DNA from: an uncultured Bacteroidia bacterium
GTDB lineage: Bacteria > Bacteroidota > Bacteroidia > Bacteroidales > UBA932
Length of the DNA stretch: 64,000 nt
Direction: 5' to 3'
Assembly (NCBI GenBank): GCA_902794005.1
Contig: CADBFO010000007.1
Location: 9,001-73,000, forward strand
Shown here: positions 57,673 to 64,000 of the stretch, in pieces
How the letters are laid out: every line of letters begins with the position of its first letter
Position numbering within the stretch: the stretch's first letter is position 1
Notes under the pieces: generated by a model
The model's database searches: none
The model's input: the letters and a program-made list of their open reading frames with translations, nothing else
Told to the model about the DNA's origin: nothing
Position numbers and translations under genes: made by a program

Positions 57673-58677
57673 CTACTCCTCCTTTTTATCGTCCTGGCCG
57701 GCTTGTTTGTCATCGTCGCCGGCTTGACCGGCAATCTCCTGCTCGTAGGTGGCCGTCACGAAATGGATGGCCTGCGGCAGCACTTTGGCGTTCTCCTCGT
57801 CGGAAACGGTGAGTTTGGCAAACTTGACAAAATCGGCCGTTTCGAAGAGGGTTTTCATTTCCTGGTAGAGGGCTTCCGGAATGTCGCTTTCCCGAAGGTC
57901 GGAGAAGATTTCGGCCGTGGTCATCTCCATGGCGCCGACGTCATAGCGGGAGGCGATGTATTCGCGGAGGGCATCCGTGACGCCGGAATAGAAAGTCTTC
58001 TGCTGTTCCGGTTTCCAGAACTTGTTTCCGCGGAACTGGTCCAGCTTCCGGAGGGCCCGGATGTGGGCGGGTTCCGTGCTCAGTGCTTCCGGCTTCTTGC
58101 GGGAGCGGCCCGTGAGCCAGAGAATCAGGGCGGCCAGGGCCATCAGCGCCATGGCGGTTCCATAAATCCACGGGAACAGTTCCTTGAGGGTGTAGGGGAA
58201 TGTGACCTGTCCTTTGATGTCGTGGGCCTGGAAGCTTTCCATGTCCACCGGCAGTTCCTTTACTTCCAGGGGCTCCGACGGGGCTTTGAACACCAGGGTG
58301 TCTCCGTTTACCAGGACCGAGAGGTCCGGCAGCCGGAAACTGCCTCCCGTCCAGGTGGTGAGCAGGATGGAGGCCTTGAGCTTGAAGCGGGCGGGCGTTT
58401 CCTTTCGCCGGCTCACCCGCACGGAGTCCACCTGCCACGCTCCCAGGATTTCCAGGGGGGTATCCTTCTCCGGGTTCAGCTGGGGAAGTGCCAGGGGAGT
58501 TCCCTCCTCGATGTTCTCCAGCGTGAAGCCGTAGCGCAGTTGGTCGGCGACCAGGATGGAATCCCGCTTCTGGAGGGGTTCCAGGAAGGTTTCTCCGGCT
58601 TCTTTGCGCAGGCCCTCCGCGCCGGCGGGCGCAGAGACGGCGAGAAGGAGGGGTATGAGTGTTCTTGCAAGTTTCAT
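57673..58677 (-). CDS. Bat-operon membrane protein (DUF4381/BatD-like)
   Basis: Signal peptide, DIK + TM, LREYI..RY...AMEMTT.E and AD.VKFAK. Confidence 0.85.
   Translation of the reverse strand: MKLARTLIPLLLAVSAPAGAEGLRKEAGETFLEPLQKRDSILVADQLRYGFTLENIEEGTPLALPQLNPEKDTPLEILGAWQVDSVRVSRRKETPARFKLKASILLTTWTGGSFRLPDLSVLVNGDTLVFKAPSEPLEVKELPVDMESFQAHDIKGQVTFPYTLKELFPWIYGTAMALMALAALILWLTGRSRKKPEALSTEPAHIRALRKLDQFRGNKFWKPEQQKTFYSGVTDALREYIASRYDVGAMEMTTAEIFSDLRESDIPEALYQEMKTLFETADFVKFAKLTVSDEENAKVLPQAIHFVTATYEQEIAGQAGDDDKQAGQDDKKEE
57688..57737. repeat. Second TGTCAT...AATCT palindromic repeat type plus degenerate partial copy in the 3' end of the gene
   Basis: TGTCATCGTCGCCGGCTTGACCGGCAATCT (57708-57737) preceded by ATCGTCCTGGCCGGCTTG. 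Confidence 0.65.
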
Positions 58678-59554
58678 CTTCTTTGGAATAAATCCATGAG
58701 GCCGCGCACATAGTCTTCGTCCGTGCCGATGTCCACGTGGTCCACCTGGTAGCGGAGGAAAAGGCGGTCGGCTCCGGCCGTCGAGGTGCGGAACCAGTTT
58801 TCGTATGCGCTGCGGACGCTCCGGGAGCCTGTGTTGATCCAGCGGGATGCGCCGGTTTCGGCATCCTTGGCATGGACCAGCCCCACATTGGGCAGGAACT
58901 TCTCCCGGGGGTCGCTCACGCGGATGACGGAAAGGTCGTGACGGTTCACGGCCACTTTCAAGGCGTCTTCGTAGCGCGGCGCGCCGTCGGCCTTTACGTC
59001 CAGCATGTCGCTGAGCACGAAGGCGGTACACTTTTTCTTGATGGCATTGGTGAGGTAGCGGAGGGCTTCACCGATGTCGGTTCCGTCGCTCTCGGGCTCG
59101 TATTCCAGGATTTCCCGGATGATGTGCAGAAAGTGCGTACGGCCCTTTCCCGGCGGAATGAATTTCTCCACGTGGTCGCTGAACAGGATGCAGCCCACCT
59201 TGTCGTTGTTCAGGATGGCGCTGAACGCGAGGGTGGCGGCAATCTCCGCAATCTGTTCCCGCTTGGTCTTTACGGCCGTTCCGAACAAACCGCTTCGGGA
59301 AATGTCCACCAGGAGCACTACCGTGAGTTCGCGTTCTTCTTCGAACACCTTCACGTAGGGAGCGCTCATGCGGGCCGTCACGTTCCAGTCCATGTTGCGC
59401 ACATCGTCCCCGTACTGATACTCACGCACTTCGCTGAAGGCCATTCCCCGTCCCTTGAACGCGGAATGGTATTCTCCGGCGAAGATCTGGTGACTCAGCG
59501 CCTTGGTCCGGATCTCGATTTTGCGGACTTTCTTGATTAACTCCTCGGGTGTCA

Positions 59555-59555
<1 letters not shown>
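58674..59555 (-). CDS. DUF58 vWA-like protein
   Basis: G.YHSAFKGRGM.FSEVREYQ.GDDVR..DWNVTAR...EEERE. Confidence 0.94.
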
Positions 59556-60547
<992 letters not shown>

Positions 60548-60567
60548 ATAATTTACTAATTTTGCAC

Positions 60568-61416
60568 ATGCGTTATTTCCTTTGCCTCTCATACGACGGG
60601 GGCGCTTTCTGCGGGTGGCAGATTCAGCCCTCCTCGCCTTCGGTCCAGGCTTGCCTGGAAGAAACCCTTTCCCGTCTTCTGAACCGCCCGGTAAGCGTTA
60701 CCGGAGCGGGACGCACGGACACCGGCGTACACGCCGCAGGCTACATTGCGCATTTTGACTGGGACGGACCTCTTCCCTTTGACGTATCCGATTTTACCTA
60801 CAAATTAAATGCCATGCTGCCCCGTGAAGTGGTGGTTCATTCCGTCACGCCCGTGGCCGAAGATCTGCACGCCCGTTTCAGTGCCCGGCGACGGGAATAT
60901 ACCTACTTCATCCACAGGCGGAAAGACCCTTTCCTGCGCAGCTATTCATGGCTTTGCAGCTATCCTGCATTGGATTTTGACGCCATGAACGAAGCCTGCC
61001 GGCATATCCTCGGCACCCACGACTTTTCCTGTTTTGAAAAGACCGGAGGCGACAACAAGACATCCATCTGCACCGTCTTCGACGCCTTCTGGAAACCCTA
61101 CGAACCCACCCATCTTCAGCTGATGGACTGTCATTCTTCGCTTTCGCCATGTCATTCTTCGCTTTCGCCATGTCATTCTTCGGTCTCGTCATGTCATTCT
61201 GAGCGAAGCGAAGAATCTTACTGGTATTTCCGGATTGCCGCCGACCGCTTCCTCCGGAACATGGTGCGGGCCACGGTAGGGTCCCTGATCGAAGTGGGAC
61301 GGGGGAAACGTCGGCCCGAATGGATCGCGGAACTCATCGGGAGCGGCACACGCTCGGATGCGGGCGAATCTGTTCCCGGCCATGCCCTTTTCCTGAGCAA
61401 AGTAGATTATTTTTAG
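60568..61416 (+). CDS. truA: tRNA pseudouridine(38-40) synthase with repeat-derived insertion
   Basis: YDG..F.GWQIQ, AGRTDTGVHA, HARFSA and FLRNMVR. Confidence 0.95.
   Translation: MRYFLCLSYDGGAFCGWQIQPSSPSVQACLEETLSRLLNRPVSVTGAGRTDTGVHAAGYIAHFDWDGPLPFDVSDFTYKLNAMLPREVVVHSVTPVAEDLHARFSARRREYTYFIHRRKDPFLRSYSWLCSYPALDFDAMNEACRHILGTHDFSCFEKTGGDNKTSICTVFDAFWKPYEPTHLQLMDCHSSLSPCHSSLSPCHSSVSSCHSERSEESYWYFRIAADRFLRNMVRATVGSLIEVGRGKRRPEWIAELIGSGTRSDAGESVPGHALFLSKVDYF
61129..61218 (+). repeat. Three 21-bp tandem units plus one complete TGTCATTCTGAG repeat, in-frame in truA
   Basis: TGTCATTCTTCGCTTTCGCCA twice, TGTCATTCTTCGGTCTCGTCA, then TGTCATTCTGAGCGAAGCGAAGAATCT. Confidence 0.92.
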
Positions 61417-61432
61417 TATCTTTGCGCCCGCT

Positions 61433-62596
61433 ATGAAAATACTTTTTGTCATCAACAACTATTATATCAGGGGGAACGGCATCTCCGCATCGGCCCGCCG
61501 AACGGTGGCCGCCCTCAAGGCAATCGGGGAAGATGTCCGTATCCTGGCCGGCCCCAATCCGGACCCCAACGGCCCCCAGCCGGATTTTCCCCTTAAAGAA
61601 TTCAAATTCCCCATTTTCCAGCCCATCATCGAATCCAGCGGTTTTTCCTATGCCGACGGCGATGTCAAAGTCATCGAAGAGGCCGTGCGCTGGGCCGATG
61701 TCGTTCACCTGGAAGAGACTTTTGTGCTGCAGTGGAAGGCCATCCGGATTGCCAAGAAACTGGGCAAGCCCCTGACGGCCACTTTCCACATGTTCCCCGA
61801 GAACTTGATTTATTCTTTGGGAATCGGCCCCCTCCGAAAGTGGAAATGGATTAACCGCGCCCTCCTGAGGGCGTGGAGGAGGCATATCTACAATGCGTGT
61901 GCCTTCGTACAGTGCCCTACCGAAACGGTCCTGGACCGCCTGCGCCGGTATCATTTCAAGGCCAGGCTGGGCGTCATCTCCAACGGCATCATCCCGGATG
62001 AATGCCGCAGGCCCCAGACTCCTCCGGAGAACTATCTGGATCCGGAGCGCCCCTTCGATGTCCTGTATATCGGCCGGCTGTCCCATGAAAAAGACCAGCC
62101 CACGCTCATGGAGGCGATGCGCTACAGCAAATACGCCAAGCGGATCCGTCTTCACTTTGCCGGCAACGGCCCCCAGAGCAAGCGTTACAAAAAGAAGGCG
62201 AAGAAAATGTACGAGGAAGGCATCTTCGGCTACGAACCCGTTTTCACTTTCAACACCCGGGACGAACTCCGTGAGATGGCGGCAAAGGCAGACCTCTGTC
62301 CCCACTGCGCTCCCCTCGAAGTGGAAGGCCTTTCCATCATGGAGGCCATGCAGCAGGGTGCCTGTCCCATTATTGCGGTCAGCCGCTACAGCGGTACTTC
62401 GCAGTTTGCCCTGGACCGCAGGTGCAAGTTCCCGGCCCAGAATCCGGAGGCCCTGGCCCACCGCATAGACTATTGGCTGGACCATCCCCTGGAGCGCTGG
62501 GAAATGGGACTCCTCCATGCCAAGTCCATGGAACAGTACGACATTAAAAAGTCGGCCATTGCGTTCCGTGACGCCCTGGCTGACACCTTGAAATAA
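61433..62596 (+). CDS. GT4-family glycosyltransferase
   Basis: GT-B fold: NG, ISNGI, IGRLSHEK and EVEGLSIMEAM. Confidence 0.9.
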   Translation: MKILFVINNYYIRGNGISASARRTVAALKAIGEDVRILAGPNPDPNGPQPDFPLKEFKFPIFQPIIESSGFSYADGDVKVIEEAVRWADVVHLEETFVLQWKAIRIAKKLGKPLTATFHMFPENLIYSLGIGPLRKWKWINRALLRAWRRHIYNACAFVQCPTETVLDRLRRYHFKARLGVISNGIIPDECRRPQTPPENYLDPERPFDVLYIGRLSHEKDQPTLMEAMRYSKYAKRIRLHFAGNGPQSKRYKKKAKKMYEEGIFGYEPVFTFNTRDELREMAAKADLCPHCAPLEVEGLSIMEAMQQGACPIIAVSRYSGTSQFALDRRCKFPAQNPEALAHRIDYWLDHPLERWEMGLLHAKSMEQYDIKKSAIAFRDALADTLK

Positions 62597-62607
62597 TAAG
62601 GACCGGC

Positions 62608-63951
62608 TTAATACCTGTTGAGCGGCCGTCCGGCGGTCATCATGTGTACTTTGCGTCTGATTTCGTCCAGGACCGTCTTGTGCTCCTGGAGCTCTGCCGT
62701 CTGGGCTTCGGTGGGTTCCTTGGCGGTGAGGGCGGCGAAATGCCCGTTGGCCGATGCCAGCACGGTGTCGATCAGTTCCACGATATTGACCATGTCCTTC
62801 TCCTCGAAACCGCGCGAGGTGATGGCCGGCGTGCCGATGCGGAGACCGGACGTGGCGAAGGCGCTGCGGCTGTCAAAGGGGACCATGTTCTTGTTTACGG
62901 TGATGTCGGCCCGGACCAGTTCCTTTTCGGCCACGCGGCCGGTGAGGTCGGGGAATTTGGTGCGGAGGTCGATGAGCATGAGGTGGTTGTCGGTACCGCC
63001 GGAGATAATCTTGTAACCGCGGGAGAGGAATTCCTGGCACATGGCGGCGGCATTGGCCACCACCTGCTTCTGGTACTCCTTGTATTCCGGCTGGGCCGCC
63101 TCGAAGAAGGCCACGGCCTTGGCGGCGATCACATGCTCCAGCGGACCGCCCTGGATGCCGGGGAAGACGCTGGAATTGAGGATGGCGCTCATCTTCTTGA
63201 TTTCGCCCTTGGGCGTGGTGAGGCCCCAGGGATTGTCGAAGTCCTTGCCCATGAGGATGATGCCGCCGCGCGGTCCGCGGAGGGTCTTGTGGGTGGTGGA
63301 CGTAACGATGTGTGCGTATTTTACGGGGTTCTTCAGCAGGCCGGCGGCGATGAGGCCGGCCGTGTGGGCCATGTCAATCCAGAGGATGGCACCCACCTTG
63401 TCGGCAATGGCGCGCATGCGTTCGTAGTCCCATTCGCGGGAATAGGCCGAAGCGCCGCCGATGATGAGCTTGGGCTTGCATTCCAGGGCCTTGCGCTCCA
63501 TTTCGTCATAATCTACGCGGCCGGTTTCCGGATGCAGGCCATAGGCCACCGGATGATAGAGGATGCCGGATGCGTTTACGGGGGAACCGTGGGTAAGGTG
63601 TCCGCCCATGGAGAGGTCCAGGCCCATGAAGGTGTCTCCGGGACGGAGGATGGCCATGGTCACGGCCATGTTGGCCTGTGCGCCGGAGTGCGGCTGAACA
63701 TTGGCATATTCCGCATCATAGAGGGCGCAGAGGCGGTCGATGGCCAGCTGTTCAATCTGGTCCACCACCTCGCAGCCACCGTAATAGCGTTTGCCGGGAT
63801 AGCCTTCTGCATATTTGTTGGTGCAGATGGAGCCCATGGCGGCGAGCACCTCGTCGGTGACATAGTTCTCGGAGGCAATTAGTTCCAGACCGGAAGACTG
63901 GCGTTCCTGTTCCTGCTTGATGAGGTCGAATACTTGGAGATCGTGTTTCAT
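62608..63951 (-). CDS. glyA: Serine hydroxymethyltransferase
   Basis: [33 protein letters not shown] and FPGIQGGP. Confidence 0.98.
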   Translation of the reverse strand: MKHDLQVFDLIKQEQERQSSGLELIASENYVTDEVLAAMGSICTNKYAEGYPGKRYYGGCEVVDQIEQLAIDRLCALYDAEYANVQPHSGAQANMAVTMAILRPGDTFMGLDLSMGGHLTHGSPVNASGILYHPVAYGLHPETGRVDYDEMERKALECKPKLIIGGASAYSREWDYERMRAIADKVGAILWIDMAHTAGLIAAGLLKNPVKYAHIVTSTTHKTLRGPRGGIILMGKDFDNPWGLTTPKGEIKKMSAILNSSVFPGIQGGPLEHVIAAKAVAFFEAAQPEYKEYQKQVVANAAAMCQEFLSRGYKIISGGTDNHLMLIDLRTKFPDLTGRVAEKELVRADITVNKNMVPFDSRSAFATSGLRIGTPAITSRGFEEKDMVNIVELIDTVLASANGHFAALTAKEPTEAQTAELQEHKTVLDEIRRKVHMMTAGRPLNRY

Positions 63952-64000
63952 ATTGGTGTGGTTAGTTTAATTCCTATTCTACAAATATAAGCAAAATCTC

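Overview
GC-rich Bacteroidales chromosomal segment. The assignment rests on Bacteroidetes-type TAnnTTTG -7 promoters, a bat operon, a SusA-like glycosidase and fimbrillin-like lipoproteins. Most of it is housekeeping: pfkB kinase, aroE, ssb, TrmH, lysS, two GH13 enzymes, uvrA, acyl-CoA synthetase, two deoxynucleoside kinases, birA, recJ, aroK, parC, era, rluB, exbBD-tonB, rmuC, moxR-bat, truA and glyA. Three AT-richer accessory patches interrupt it. Patch 1 (~6.2-14.5 kb) is a decayed Rhs polymorphic-toxin locus. Three copies of a 45-bp Rhs-derived direct repeat, which also has Bacteroidetes promoter geometry, each open a cargo block: orphan immunity gene + tripartite hip TA + GreA paralogue; collapsed Rhs core + AbiE; AAA_14 ATPase + remnants + DUF4160/DUF2442. 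Patch 2 (~34.8-38.7 kb) holds a second tripartite hip TA, a second AAA_14 ATPase and two back-to-back gene tails. Patch 3 (~48.0-50.9 kb) is an AraC / YxxP peptide / fimbrillin unit whose regulator is frameshifted by a 20-bp duplication. Separately, a TGTCAT...AATCT palindromic repeat has entered three unrelated genes in-frame, always read as CHSERSEES, and nine genes look leaderless or nearly so. No tRNA, rRNA or CRISPR array was recognised. All product calls come from motif recognition by eye, with no database searches.
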